The notes under the pieces are model-generated. The model did no database searches. It was not told the origin of the DNA and saw only the letters and a program-made list of their open reading frames with translations. 64,000 nucleotides of DNA from the human T2T-CHM13v2.0 reference genome, Homo sapiens, in NCBI RefSeq assembly GCF_009914755.1, contig NC_060947.1. One strand, written 5' to 3'. How positions within the stretch are numbered: position 1 is the first letter of the stretch; each line of letters starts with the position of its first letter. Position numbers and translations under genes: made by a program. This document shows positions 29,379 through 47,789 of the stretch, one piece after another.

Positions 29379-30327
29379 TAAATTTTAAAAAAATTAAGTC
29401 AAGTTCGGTCATGCGTTATTGTAGAAATGCAGAGACTAATGATATGATAAACTAATTTGTTGCCAGATATTTAATTTATATAAAAACTAATGCTCAGTCT
29501 TTTAGTGAGGAAAAAATAGCTAACTCTAACCCTCTCATTATTTTTAATGGGGGTACTGAGGCTGCATCTATGGGACAATACCATAAGTTACCAAAGAAAC
29601 AGGAAATCTAATTAAAAAGAATGAGATTTAGTGGGATGCTTGCTTTTTAAAAATTATTTACAGACCATAATATAGTAAATTATTTCCCTGTCAATTAGTG
29701 TTATCTTCCTCCTTAATCTTTTATTTACAAAACCTGAAAGAAGCGATGGACCATCCTGTGTAACGTATTTGACATTTCAACGTTGAGTCAATGTGAATGA
29801 ATCTCAGTGAGACTGCACATCCTATTTCTTCAGAGGATGTAAGTAAAGCAAAATATTATATGATGTACTTTAATTCTGTTTGTTGGTATACAAGTATTAT
29901 AACATTGGTCACTGCCTGATAGCCAAATAAATTTTGGAGACTATATCATTTAGCAGGTTATTTGGCTGTATAACAACAATAAATTACTAGTTAGGTGAAA
30001 TAATATCACTTCTGACTAGTCATTTTTGAATTTTAAAAAATAATAGTTTGACTTTAAGTTTCAGAATACAGTTGCTATTCTAATTTTTCTTTCAATGTAA
30101 TTGACTTATTCAATTTGAAATGTACCGCAAAAATCCATATATCGCACATACAAACACATACATAAACACACCCACCCACATCTATGTCAAACTTGAGGTA
30201 ATAGGAGCATTATAATTCTTAATTTGTGGCCTACTAAAGATTTTAATATGCACAGTCAGGGTTCAATTCCAGTTAGTATTCCATGCCAAACTTAGTTTAT
30301 CCATAATCTTTAAAATTATACAAACCT

Positions 30328-30888
<561 letters not shown>

Positions 30889-31599
30889 AATTGCACTTTT
30901 ACAGCACAGCAGGCTAGTAATGAAAACCATTTGCAATGACTTTTTAAATGTTTCCCCAAATAATGCTCTTTTCTTTGGATAAATCATGTTGGTTACATAA
31001 GTGGCTCAGAAATGTGACACTATTTAGTTGCAGAGGGGCTTATTTTTTAACAGTGCGGCAATTACATCCTAAAATAACTATTATTCAATCCATTCTGCCA
31101 GCCTTGGGAGACTAAGCAGATGTCAGGTATTCTAAAATATCTGACTTTAGGTGAGTTTGGGATGTTACTGTGAAAGAAGCATTTTCAGATCTGTTAGATA
31201 GGAGAATGCCAATAAGCAGTGTACTTACATAATGGTGACAACAGCTCTCAGAGGGTCTCATTTGAAGCATAATTGTTGGGTCTTGGAATAATACTATTTT
31301 AGAGCTAGATGAGGAAAATTTAAAACTCATCTCTCAATTAATTTTTAATAGATGAAGAAGCAAAGTGACACAAACAATTAGGGCACTTGCCTGAGATCAT
31401 GCATCTAATTAAAGGCACGCCATGGGAAGATCTCTGGACTTTAAATTATCATTCCACTATATTGGCTTTACTACATATCTTCCCACTCCCGTTCCACATT
31501 TACTGCTTTCAGAGAAAGAGAGAGAAGTTTGATAGCATATTTTAATAGAAAATGAGTGGATTTTCACATCAGGACAACCTGAACTTGAAGTTTTCCTAA

Positions 31600-33425
31600 G
31601 CTAAAATATGCTCTTTTGTGTATAGTATCCCCAAGAATGACTGGAGTGATTCTCCATCCTGTTTCCCTCATCAGCATCCCCCAACACATACACATACCCT
31701 ATTGGATCATTCTTATCAGCATTTAAAGATGCTGGGATTTCTGTCATCCGAAAGGAAAATCATTTTTTACTCTACATCTCTCTGTAGATATGTCCTCATT
31801 TATTATAATCCTTTAATGGAAAATTGTGAAAGCTGCACAGAATTGTTGCTATATTCACTATGCCCAATTATTTTCTTCCCCTTCTCCTTTCAACTTGTTT
31901 CCATAAGGCTCTCCACTCATCACTCATCACTCCAACAATACGGCTCTTGTCAATGTCACCATATCAGCCAACTATGTAACAAGCAATAATCTCTCTGGTA
32001 CTCATCAATCAATGGCAGTTTGTCCAAGAGTCAGTTGATAAAGCTTTGTACTTGGTTGGTCGGCTCTAGACTGTTGGGTCTGCATCTTTCTCTTGGGTGT
32101 CTCATCTTCCTTAAACCAACAGGCTAGCCAGTCCTTGTCCTTCTTATGGTGATAGAGAAGGACAAGACAAATGGAAATATGTATACCTCTTTAGGAATTA
32201 GCACATTAGAACTCCTATATGCATTCCATCACCCAAAACAAGTCACAAGACTAAGTCCAAGGTCAGAAACTACAGTATATTTTGCCTATAGTTGGAAAAA
32301 CAGAAAAGCCACAAGGCAAAGGGCATGGATAGAGACAGAGGTAAAGAACTAGGCCTAATATATTACTCTACCACTGTTACTAATGAGTTCCACAGTACTA
32401 TGTCACATGGACAAATCTAAGTGCTGATCTGTCTTAATATGTAGCAGCATGTGACACAGTTGATAACTACTCCCATCTTTAAACTATTTTTCCTTTGGCT
32501 TTTAGCACACCTGTATTCCTGGTTTTGTTTTTCCCTCTTAGCGGCTTCACATTCTGTATAGTTTGTTGGGCATTTCTCATCTTTTAAGCATTGAATTACC
32601 CCAGGGATCAATCATGGGACATTTTCTCTTTGCCCTCTGTACTTACGTTCTTGTTGATCTCATCTGTGATCATGACTTAAAAACCAACTGCAATACTTAA
32701 CACTACTGAACTGTACACTTGAAAATAGTTACAATGTTAAACTTTATGTGGTTTTATCACAATCAAAAATAAAACAAATAAACCATCTATAAATTCGTAA
32801 ATCACAAATTTCTATCTCCAGCTTGTATCCTTTCCCTGAACTCTAGTGTCATGTATACAAATAAGAGGTCTGAAAGAAATATAAAATCTAATATATCCAA
32901 AGTCAAACTATGCTCTCTCCCCCAACACAAATATGCTTCTCCTGGTGTCTTTTCCATCTCTTATAGATCCAAGTATAAGCAACTGCTTATAGTTGCTCAG
33001 ACCCAAAACCTTTATGATCATCCTTGACTTCACCCTGTACCCCACATTCAATCTATCACCAATTCCTACTGGCTCTTACCTTCAATTTATATCCAGTACC
33101 TGAGCATGACTCTCCAACTCCAACGCATTGTCCTTTTTATCCAAGCCATCATTATCTCTGGCCTTATCCACTGCAATAGCCTGCTAACTGGTCTCCATCT
33201 TCCTTCACATATGGTCTATTCTCAGCACACAGCCAGAGTGACCCTTTTAAAGTAAAAGCTGAATTATGTCACTCATCTGATTATAACCCATTAGTGATTT
33301 CCCAACTTCACTCAGAGTAAATTCCAAATTCTTACAATGCCCTTCAAAGCCCTACTAAAACTTGCCCCATTACCTTTCTAACCTCATCCTCCACTACTCT
33401 TAACCTCACTCCTTATGTGACCTGA
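31600..33425 (+). mobile_element. L2 relic, interrupted by an MLT-like piece (~32050-32370) and an L1M 3' end (~32690-32780)
   Basis: CCCACATTCAATCTATCACCAATTCCTACTGGCTCTTACCTTCA; ACTGCAATAGCCTGCTAACTGGTCTC; CACAGCCAGAGTGACCCTTTTAAA. Confidence 0.75.
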
Positions 33426-33431
33426 AGAAAC

Positions 33432-33900
33432 TGAAACCAGTCCAATTTTCTCATAGAACTGATATTTACGGGGCATTTTTTTTGAACAACAGAGAAATTG
33501 ATCCTCCCAGACTTAAAGCTTGAAACTTATATTTGCCTTATCTGATTTACTTGCTCACGAAACCAACACTCAGGCCTCCCAGATAGTATCAAGGACCTGC
33601 AATTCCTCTTCCTTATTCCTCCCTAATTCTTGTTTTCCTAACTGACCACATGTTTCCTGTTGACCAACTCCTCCTCCTTAACCATCTCTAATTCCTGTTC
33701 CTGTACATAGCTACTTTCCTTCCGCACTATATAAACCCCCAAATTTAGTCATTTGAGAAGATGGATTTGAGACTGATCTCTCATCTCCTTGGCTGCAGCA
33801 CCTGAATAAAGCCTTCTTCCCTAGCAATACTCATTTCAGTAATTGGCTTTCTGTGCGGCAAGCAATGGGACATAGAAAAAATCCTGGAATTTTGGTAACA
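33432..33900 (+). mobile_element. LTR54-like solo LTR, copy 2
   Basis: Collinear with copy 1; perfect 4-bp TSD AAAC. Confidence 0.85.
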
Positions 33901-33954
33901 AAACCTCAGCAAAAATCCATGCCCTTTATAGGCCTAGAATTACCACTGTGAGAG

Positions 33955-34052
33955 CAGGGCCTCCTAACACAATTGCGTAGGTTGCATATTATACAGCTTT
34001 AGGGAGTAATGCAATCTATGTGAATGCTTCCAGTGGAGTTATGCACTCCTCA
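33955..34052. mobile_element. MER91-like hAT relic
   Basis: CAGGGCC...TTGCGTAGGTTGCA...TATGTGAATGCTTCCAGTGGAGTTATGCA. Confidence 0.5.
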
Positions 34053-34099
34053 GCCAGTATCGTCTCAGATCCTTGTAATAGGGGAGGGAGAAATAAACA

Positions 34100-34650
34100 G
34101 GAAGCATGTATACAGTGAGGAATGTTAGGAAGAAAATTAAAGAAGAGACTTTGGGTGGTCAACACAACTCTGAATAGGATGGACCTGAAAGATCTTCACT
34201 CAGAAGATGACCTTTAAATAAATAACTGGAGGAGGTTAGAGAGTAAGCCTTATGGATAACTGGAAAATTCTGGTTAGATAAAGGAACAGCATCTGAGAGG
34301 AAGAGTATCTGAGATGAAAGCATGTTTGGCAGTTTCTAAGAAGAGGAAAGAGGCCAGTATGGTTGGATCAGAGTCAGCTAAGAAGGTACTTTCAGAAAAT
34401 GAGGTCACAGACATAAAGAGAGCCATAATTGTATAGAGTCCTGTAAGATCTTTGGCTTTTACTCTGAGTGAGAAGATAACTATCAGAGGCTACGAGAAAA
34501 GTCTACTTCAGCTTTAAAAGATTACTTGGGCTGCAGTGTTGAAGAAAAGACAGCCAGAGAATCAAGGGAGTAAGCAAAGAGACAGTTAATATAGAGATTA
34601 TTGTGGCTTAGATAGACTAGAGTCGTAGCATTTAATGTGTGGTGGAAATT
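34100..34650 (-). mobile_element. L2 relic
   Basis: GAGGCCAGTATGGTTGGA...TTTGGCTTTTACTCTGAGTGAGA. Confidence 0.7.
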
Positions 34651-35260
34651 TGGTGGATCTCTACTGTAAATTGTGTCTTTTCATGTCTAAATTTCCTTAT
34701 GATTTATTGGTCATACATAGAATGCAGTTGGGGAGTGTGTGTGTGTGTGTGTGTGTGTGTGTTTATCTGGTATCAAGAGGACTTGCTAAACTATTTTATT
34801 CTAATGAAATTTAACTTTTCATCAGAAAACTATGTAGAAATTTATCTTCTTCAAAAGGAGTTAGTGTCATCTCTTTCTAATATCCATATATCTGATCATT
34901 TTAAATAATTTTTGTAATCCAGAACAATTTTGAATGGTTCAAGTGTCTTTAGGCATGTTTTGGCAGGTATTACTGATTAGATTAAGTATTGCTTCATTAA
35001 CTCGCATGTTTACTCCCTATTTCTGTTAATATTTACTTTTAAGAGATTGAAAAGGGTCTATTTCTAGCTATACATTTTAATAGAAATGGTTGTTAATTTT
35101 GTCAGTCATTTCCAGTCACTTTTGAAACATTTGTATAGTTTATTCTTGACTTTAATATGTTTCTGAGAAGAATTACATTAATATACTTTCAAATTGTGAA
35201 ACTTCCTTGAATTCTTGGGATTAAATCTACTAGGTCATGAATAATTATTCTTTTTAATAA

Positions 35261-35677
<417 letters not shown>

Positions 35678-35759
35678 TGTGTATATATAAGTGTATATAT
35701 ATCTCAAGTGTATATACATGTGTATATATAATATACATATATGTGTATATATAATATAC

Positions 35760-35794
<35 letters not shown>

Positions 35795-36109
35795 CTCAAG
35801 TGAAATTGGTAATTTCTTTTCTGTAAGTGTTATCTTTACCCAGTTTGCTCCTAGGGTTAATCTGGCAACCATAATGAATTGACAGACTCTCTGTGTAATT
35901 CTATGTTGTTTAACCACATACTTTAAAAGGTTTCTTCTAGTCTTATTATTTCTTTCATATTTTATAACTGTTTCTGAGACCTTTTGTTAGATAAGAGATC
36001 AATATGAAGGAAATGTGGGTGCTCAATTTGCCATCTTGAACTTAATGTTTCTCACACAGGTTTTTGTATATAATGCTTTAAATATTATTTATTATTCTAC
36101 TTTCATTAT

Positions 36110-36466
<357 letters not shown>

Positions 36467-37557
36467 TAACTTGGTTTTTTTTTTCAATTCTTGCTTTATT
36501 GTAAAGAACTCACAGAAAATGACCTATATGACTTTTTTATTTTAAATAAATTTTAATTTTCTTTCTGGGTTATAATACACTTACTTTTTGGATGTGTGTC
36601 AGAACAACTTGACAATGTATAGTTACTGTTCCTTGGATATAATGTTCTCTATGCATCTATTTGATTAAGCTTGTTAATTCTCTTATTCAAAATTTCTATT
36701 TTAATTTAATCTTTTTTTTTACTTGATCTCTGAGAGGAAAAATATTAGGGACTCCCTTTATGATTCTGAATTTGTCCATTTTCAGTATTTTTAGAGAATA
36801 TTTTCCTTTATATTGTGATTTAACATTATCTTGTTCTATGACTAATTATATTGAATATATATTATATATACATATATACATATATACGTGCATATTATAT
36901 ATACACGTATATATGTATACATATTATATATACACGTATATAATTTTATTATACTTTTAATTTTAAGTAATTGTTATTACTTAAACGTGTATAATTGTTA
37001 TTACTTAAAATTATGAAAACTATATACATATATAGTATATATACAATATGTACATATATATAGAGAGAGAGACAGAGAGGGAGAGAGAGAAAGATTCTTA
37101 ATGGGTCATGTTACTTAACAAGACAAAATATTCCCAGTTATGTCAATAAATGACTTTAAACTTAAATTTCACCCTGCCTGATTATATCACTAATGATCTG
37201 ACTATATTATTACTTTAAAAATCTGTCATATCTCTCTCTGTATTTTTAGCCATATAGCGTCATTATACGGATTTGTATCTCTTCAAGACTATTTAGTAAA
37301 TTTTTATTACTGGTTTAGTCCAATTTATACCATAATGTTTTCAGTTTTCTGTTTGTGATTTGAATTTTACACCTTTCGTTCCCTCTTATTTTTCTCTTTT
37401 CTAGTTTGATTTATCAAGATTTTTGTTATAATTGCCTGTTTTTTAATTCTCTCTAGTTCCTTAGAAATTATAGACTCATTTCTCTCTTAAGCAATCAATA
37501 CAAACTGTTAGCACAATTACGTAAATTTTGGAGCTCTATCAATCAAGAATTAGTATC

Positions 37558-37790
37558 TGTGTCAGAGACTGCTAATTGTCCTCAAATATCTCTTCCCATC
37601 GTCTTTATTTCAAAAGCAAACATCTTAGTTTAAGCTAGGCACATTGCCACCCAACTTAAGAATATACTTCCTAGCCTTGCTTGAACCCAGTTGTCATCAT
37701 ATGACTAAGTTCTAGAAAAAGTTATGTGAGAAAATGCTGATTCACTCCATATTTGAAGACAAAAATACTTGCCCTAGATGCCCATAGAAA
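37558..37790 (+). mobile_element. MLT1-type LTR, 5' part
   Basis: TGTGTCAGAGACTGCTAATTGTCC...CTTCCTAGCCTTGCTTG...CATATGACTAAGTTCTAG. Confidence 0.6.
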
Positions 37791-38185
37791 AGATGAGATG
37801 ATTGAAGAATGGATGTAGATTTTACAAAGGGGTAATTACTAAATGTATATAAATCCCTCAGGCTGTGTGTGAAATATGGTTCTGTAAGTTAAAATTATAA
37901 AAACTTAAAAATATAAAAATGATAAATATTAGGTTGCGCTATATGAAATTGTCAACAGTTGATTGTTTTTGATCTGGGAAATGAGCACTTCCATATGCTT
38001 CCACCTAATAACAAGCCAACATTTATGATATGGGGCATGAGAAAGCATAACTATGACAATTTCACTGTTTTCCATAGAGAGAAGTAAAACATAAAGTTTA
38101 CTTTGACAAATCAAGAACTTAATTGTTATTACTTAAAAGTATGTATCACAGAGCTTATGTTACACATAATATAAAAATTATTCTT

Positions 38186-38541
<356 letters not shown>

Positions 38542-38582
38542 TCACAGTAGAGAGGTCAATAATGATTTTACTAATTGTATGT

Positions 38583-39000
38583 TGATATGACTTGGATATT
38601 TGTTCCCTCCAGTTCTCATGGTGAAATGTGATTCCCAATGTTGGAGGTGGAGTCTGGTGGGAGGTGACTGGATCATGAGAAGGGATCCCTCATGAGTAAT
38701 TTAGCACCATCCCCTTGGGGATAAGTGAGTTCTCACCCAGTTAGTTCACATGAGATCTACTTTTTTTAAAGTTGGGGACCTCCCCCACCTCACTCTCTTG
38801 CTCCCATTCTCACCATGTGATATGCTGGCTCCCCGTTGCCTTCCGCCATGACTGTGAGCTTCCTGAGGCCTCACCAGAAGCAGAGGCCAGCACCACGCTT
38901 CCTATAAAGCCTGCAGAACCATGAGCCAATTAAACTTCTTTTCTTTATAAAATACCCAGTCTTAGGTATTTCTTTATAGTAACACAGGCAGATTAATACA
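38583..39000 (+). mobile_element. MST (MSTA/B) MaLR solo LTR
   Basis: TGATATG...CTGGTGGGAGGTGACTGGATCATG...ATTAAACTTCTTTTCTTTATAAA...TAATACA; 5-bp TSD TATGT/TATAT. Confidence 0.9.
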
Positions 39001-39260
39001 TATATCATAGTTCATCATAGTGTCATTGATTTTAAGATGCATCATTATCATATATAATTTTACTTTTAATTCAAAGTCATCAATGTTCTTTCTTTTTTAT
39101 ATTTTAACCTCCTCTGTGCCATCAAGAATATTTGTGATGCTGCATTTATTTTAAAAATTAGATAAACAGGAATGCTGAAAGCCATCAGTGATAGGCTCTT
39201 AAGCTACCATTGTAATTATTTTAAACTAACCTACTGTTTTATGGGGATTATATCATTTTA

Positions 39261-41356
<2,096 letters not shown>

Positions 41357-42451
41357 TAATTATTATAAATATATACATCTTGTGGCAAGGAAAGTTCTGG
41401 TAAATATGCTGAGTAGGAAAACTGCAAGCAGACAATTTAGAGAAGCCACCACTGTAGAAATGGAAAGGAAAATAAACTACTATTTATTAAACAACTGTTT
41501 GGTATTAGATAACTGTACTTTTCTACCCCAAACCCACCAACTTTTAGTGCTGGCTCTACCTCAGAATGGCTGAAGTGAGGAAGTAGAATAAGATCCAAGG
41601 TATTACTGTGAGAAATAGTAAGAAAGATCTTGAAGTAATAAATAAAAGTTCAAAGTCTGTATTTCTCTTCTAGCTAAAGTCCATGGGGAGTCCTGATAAA
41701 TTGATATCAACAAATTTTGAGGATCTCTGAGAAGGAATAATGTATAGGCATTTTTGACAGATTTTAAAGCTATGATTTTATAGAAATTATCCAGTTTTCT
41801 GTGTATTGAATTCTTTCGCTGTTACGCATTTTTCACTTTAGAATATTGTGAGGTTCAGATTGAGTTTTCCTTAATAAAGTATTCATATTATCACTGCTAT
41901 GTTTGAAAAACCTACCATTATTGATCTCTAATGATTTTACTCATGCAGAAAAAAAGGAAAGACCAAAAGACAACTACCAGGAAAATAAAAATATCTTCAT
42001 ATTTTTTTTCCTTTTACTATGAGTGGGAATCAATAGTCAGTGAGCCACAAATTTCTATGTATTTGTTCTTTTATTCATTCACATACTCTTCATGTATGAA
42101 CGGAGCTGAAAAAATATTCATAAAAAAGATTAAAAAATTGCCCCTTTCTCTAAGACTCCTAGAAGTATCAACATTAAATTAATAATTACAGTGGGATCAT
42201 TACTGCTGACTAAAAATTTATGACTGTTTCAGGGTTGCATACCTAATCTAAAAATGGGAAGTCAGAGAAGGCTCCAAGAGAGACATAAAGTTCTACCTCG
42301 GGTCAACAGATATCCTGGGATAGGATTCAGAAGTCTGGTAATTTGGTTGCAGAAAAAACACAATCAATGTCTAATCAAATTTTGCAATTAATTATGAATG
42401 TAGACACATGCCACCATAGTACTAACAGTACCAGCATCATATTAATATTAG

Positions 42452-42779
<328 letters not shown>

Positions 42780-43045
42780 AATATATGTATTTTCATATCA
42801 CTTAATGCTTATTACTACTTGAAATTATGACAGTTATTAGATCTGCCTCTAGATCTTGTTATTTAATATGTTAACGAAAGACATGTAATTATGTCACATA
42901 TTTTTGTATTTTGATAACTCTCTTTCAATATTACCAGCTTCCTGCATATTTTACTTTATGCATTTAAAAGCATTATACTGAGAAACAATTCATGGGCTTC
43001 ACCAGCCCATCAAAGAAGTCCATGCATGAAAAAGTCCAAGAATCT
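42780..43045. mobile_element. hAT-Charlie-type relic, probably continuing left of the Alu
   Basis: TTTATGCATTTAAAAGCATTATACTGAGAA...CATGGGCTTCACCAG. Confidence 0.4.
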
Positions 43046-45110
43046 ATGTATGAGAACAGATAATTTCATACGCAAAGAGAGGTACAGAGAGCATTGCACT
43101 TTTTAAAAAAAATGTGTCCAACTGAACAACAAAGAGCAGTTCTCTGAATTCTGTAAATTTTGGCTAGGTGAGGTAGGTGGATTGCTGATTGGTGAGATGA
43201 AACAGGCAAGGTGAACAGAGGCAATGTTTTGGATGGCCTTGTAAGCAATGCCAAAGTGATAATAAATCACTGATCATTTCTAAGAAGAGGAGAAATATGA
43301 CCAGATTATCAGTTATGTATATTGTATGCTTATTTATCAATGTGCTATAAATTGTGGAGGAGAAACCTTAAGTGTTGTTTACTGGCTTACTAAAGACCCA
43401 ATATTTCACTGTGAAAAGGGTTGAGAGAGTTAAGGAATTGTCAAACAAAGAGAGTTGTAGGACACAAATTTATTATTGTTATTACATTAACAATGGAAAA
43501 AATGCACATGTCTATAAACTGAAAGAAAATAGCTGCAGTTAAGGAAGAGATTGAAAATAAACTTGAGAGATGGAAGAGTCACTGAATGCAGGAGAAATTA
43601 AGGTCAGGAATACAGATGTAGAAAGTAGTAGAAATCATTAAGGGTAACTTAGCAGAGCTGCTGATGACTATGGTCCTTGACTTTGGACATAGTTTAATTC
43701 AGATGCAATATGGTCAGTCTTAAGAACCTGGACACCCTTATCAGTATGTTTTTAATACAAGACAAGCAAAACATGTATTTTATATAATAAAGATAAGGAT
43801 ATTGGGGTTTACTTGTCTTCCTGTTTCAACTTGTTATGTTACCGGTCCCTTTCTGAAGTTTATGAAATCATCTGATACAAACTTTTTTTCCAGAAAACTA
43901 TATGCTGATCAGTCTTACATGACAAGCAAGATGAAACCCTTAAGGCTTAGTGCATATAGTCTTAACATGAATTCTGTGGATGATCCATACATACCCTGAC
44001 ACTGCATGCAAAAAAGTATGCATATGAATTTTTCCATAAAAGAAGTTCATAATTTTTTGATGTTGTAAGATGCCTGTGACCTCTAAAACTAATAAGAACC
44101 ACTGGAGCCTAAAATGAGCTATTGGTATGTGGTCCACCCATACCACATGCTTTAAATCCTAGCACACTTCCTCTTATTTTTAGAGTCTAGCAGAAGGCTA
44201 GACAATTTTAGGCCATCAAATAGTCTCTTTCTCATTCCTCAAAATTGTATGATCTTCTCCCTTCATATATCTAAACAGAGCATGTATTTATTCCTGAATT
44301 CAGAGGTTATAACCCAAAGTTTCATGTGTCCAGATCTGGAGAGAAATGAATAAAACACCATTAAACATTCCTGCCCACATGGAAACTGTTCAACCTTAAT
44401 GGCTGCTCTTTTCTATGCTATCTCTCTTCCACTTTTAATGCATCTGTTTGATGTCTAATTTGTTACATCAATACGAATTTTGGATGTGGGTAGGGGAAGA
44501 GTGTTTGGGATCAATTAAGATGACAAATAAGGAATGTAATTGACTCATATCTACCTACCTTAATTTTTCTTCCATAGCTACTCACAGCTAGATCTACTTA
44601 GGTCTCATACCTACTATGTAATACCCACCTCAATTATTGATTCAAATGTAAATTGGGAAGAAATTATTTTTCCAATATAACCTAATAGTTTGGTGGGATG
44701 TGTAAAAACCCTGATAACTCAAACAAACAATTTGTTTTCCCTCCATCTCTGCAAGTTTTTGCTAAAAATTCGAATCAGGTCTGGCAAACCACTTTTTAAT
44801 CCATGATTTCCACATTGTCCAGTGGGATTTTCTAACCCCAATCAGTTAGTTTATTTCCTAAGCCTGAGCGTACCTGAATTTCCTTCATCAGTGTCTCATG
44901 TGTCTCTGCTTCCCAAGCTATTGTAATCTTGTGAAGCAAGGTATTATCTAATATTATTTATTTGTTCTTTTTAAATTCTGGGATAGTTCTGAGCATTAAG
45001 TGGCATGAATGGAAAAGAGAAATCATGAGATATTAAGCCTGGAAAATGCTGGATATATCCAGTTGGATATATTAAGTGGTGTACTGGGAATGTTTAACAA
45101 CAAGCTGTAC

Positions 45111-45149
<39 letters not shown>

Positions 45150-45417
45150 AAGGAAGGAAGGAAGAAAGAAAGAAATAAAGAAAGAAAGAAAGAGAGGAAG
45201 GAAGGAAGGAAAGAAGGGGAGGGGAGGGAAGAGAGGGAAGGGAGGGAAGGGAAGGAAGGGAAAAAGAAAAAGAAAGAAAGAAGGAAGGAAGGAAAGAAAG
45301 AAGAAAGGAAAGGAAAGAAAGAAAAAAGAAAGAAAAAGAAAGGAAGAAAGGAAGGAAAGAAGGAAGGAAGGAAGGAAGAAAGAAAGAAAGAAAAAGAAAG
45401 AAAGAAGGAAAAAAAAA
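45111..45417. repeat. ~307-bp polypurine (GA)/(GGAA)/(GAAA) tract
   Basis: Only one pyrimidine (T at ~45176) seen on the + strand. Confidence 0.95.
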
Positions 45418-45563
45418 CTGACTCTGATTAGTTTCTTTTGTATTCCCTCCATGGCTGATTTCACGCTATGGAATTGTGGAAAGATGTAAACAACCAGTAC
45501 TCGTGAGCTGCTACAGGCCATCACTGGTTATATACATAGGAAAAGTAGAAAAGACTACCAATA

Positions 45564-46621
45564 TGCTGCGGGAAATCAGGGACCCCGAAAGAAGGGACCA
45601 GCTGAAGCCGCAGCAGAAGAACATAAATTGTCAAGATTTCATGGACATTTATCAGTTCCCAAAATTAATACTTTTATAATTTCTTATGCCTGTCTTTACT
45701 GCAATCTCTGGACATAAATTATGAAGATTTCATGGACATTTTTGTAACTTCCCCAATCAATACTGTTATAATTTCCTATGCCTGTCTTTACTTATCTCTT
45801 AATCCCGTGATCTTCCTAAGCTGAGGACGTATGTCACCTCAGGACCCTGTGATGATTGCATTAACTGTACAAGTTGTTTGTTAAACATGTGTGTTTGAAT
45901 GATATGAAATCTGGGCATCCTGAAAAAGAACAAGATAACAGCGATTTTCAGGGAACAAGGGAGATAACCATAAGGTCTGACTGCCTGTGAGGCCGGGCAG
46001 AACAGAGTCATATTTTCCTTCTTGCAGAAAGCAAATAGGAGAAATATCGCTGAATTCTTTTCCCTGCAAGGAATAACCCTGGGGAAGGAATGCATTCCCA
46101 GGGGTAGGCCTACAGATGACTGCTCTCGGAGTGTCTGTCTTATGCAGTTGAAGATAAGGGATGAAATATGCCTTGGTCTCCTGCAATGCCCTCAGGCTTA
46201 CCAGGATTGGGAAATTCCAGCCTGGTGAATTCTAGTCAGACCGGTTGTCTGCTCTTGAACCCTGTTTCCTGTTAAGATGTTTATCAAAACAATGCATGCC
46301 CAGCGGGACATGGAACCTCATCAGTAATTCTAATTTCGCCCTCTGCCTTGTGATCTTTTATTGCCCTCTGAAGCATGTGATCCCTGTGACCTACTCCCTA
46401 TTCATACACCCCTCCCCTTTTGAAATCCCCAATAAAAACTTGCTGGTTTTGCAGCTCAGGTGGGCATCACGGAACCTACCAATAGGTGATGTCATGCCCG
46501 GAGGCCCAGCTGTAAAATTTCTCTCTTTTGTACTCTTTCTCTTTATTTCTCAGACCGGCCGACACTTAGGGAAAATAGAAAAGAACGTACATTGAAATAT
46601 TGGGGGCTGGTTTCCCTGAAA
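45564..46621 (+). mobile_element. MER11 (HERV-K11) solo LTR
   Basis: TGCTGCGGGAAATCAGGGACCCCGAA...CATAAATTGTCAAGATTTCATGGACATTT...AATAAAAACTTGCTGG; 6-bp TSD CCAATA. Confidence 0.92.
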
Positions 46622-47789
46622 CCAATACAATTGTAAAAAGTTCCAATTTATCTTCATAGCCTTCTTGTCACTCTCTCTTCAGCATTCCTTTCCAAAATGT
46701 CAGAAAGTCAGGCCCTTTCTTGGAGATATTTGTAATATCTAAATATCCAAATTCAAATATTTCCATATATTTGCATATGTAATTTGCAATTTTATATGTA
46801 TATTTGTAATGTATTACATGAAAATAAAAATATTTTCTTGTTTTAAGATTAGACTACATCTTACGAACGTTTGCAGTATAGTGAATTGCTATGTACATAA
46901 CTGAAATTTACAACGTTTTATCAGAAAATGCAAAATTTATTTTGCATTCAAGAGTTAAGTTTCACAACATCATGGGGGTATCTACATAGAGGAAACCTCT
47001 CATTTAATATTTTATCCTGAAATATTGGTAGAGATCTTCATCAAAACCAAATATTTTTGTGTTTCACATGGTATTTGCAAATATTAATATTTAGCCCATG
47101 AGGAAAATTAAACATATTTGATCCAAAGATCATAGGGAAAAATGAAAATGTTAGAATTATAAATAAATTGAGAGTAGAATGCTTAACAATACTGGTTAAA
47201 TTTTAATAAAATGGAAACTAAAAAGAATGTTTTTTGATTTCATGGAAATTCACCATTTTTTCTCTGATTTTTAAGGTAGCATCATTATACAAAAGGAAAC
47301 GTAATACCATACAAAATTGAAGAATCAACACTACATATATAATTTATTACTGGGCTCTAAAAGTTTTGATTTTTTTTCCCTTAATTTGTTTCTTTTCAGG
47401 GTTAAAATCATATTAACTTAATAAAATTAGTATTCCAAAAGTGTGTGTATATATATATAAATATATATATGTAAAATATAAGTAAAAGTAAATATATATG
47501 TAAATTGTATATACAGTATATATATATATATTTTTGATGCACCAACAAGGATGAACTAGCATAATGGAAAATTTCATATTTTAGGAAAAGCTTTGTCATG
47601 GACCTGTGTTCTAAAAGAAATTTTATAATAAACCATTTAGATTCTGTTAAAAATAACAAAGTATATATTTTATAAGGATTTAAAAGGAAAGTGCCTTATT
47701 TATATAAAGATAACATAAATCCTTAGTTACATTAATAAGAGAGTCACTGGAATAATAGATAATATTATGTTTATAGGAAATGTTAATTT

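Noticed and set aside
45009-45524. Overlapping 137-150-aa K/E/R-rich and F/L/S-rich ORFs
   Set aside because: Artefacts of the stop-free polypurine microsatellite.
45620-45795. ~90-bp tandem duplication inside MER11
   Set aside because: As I recall, this is a standard feature of MER11 subfamily consensus sequences.
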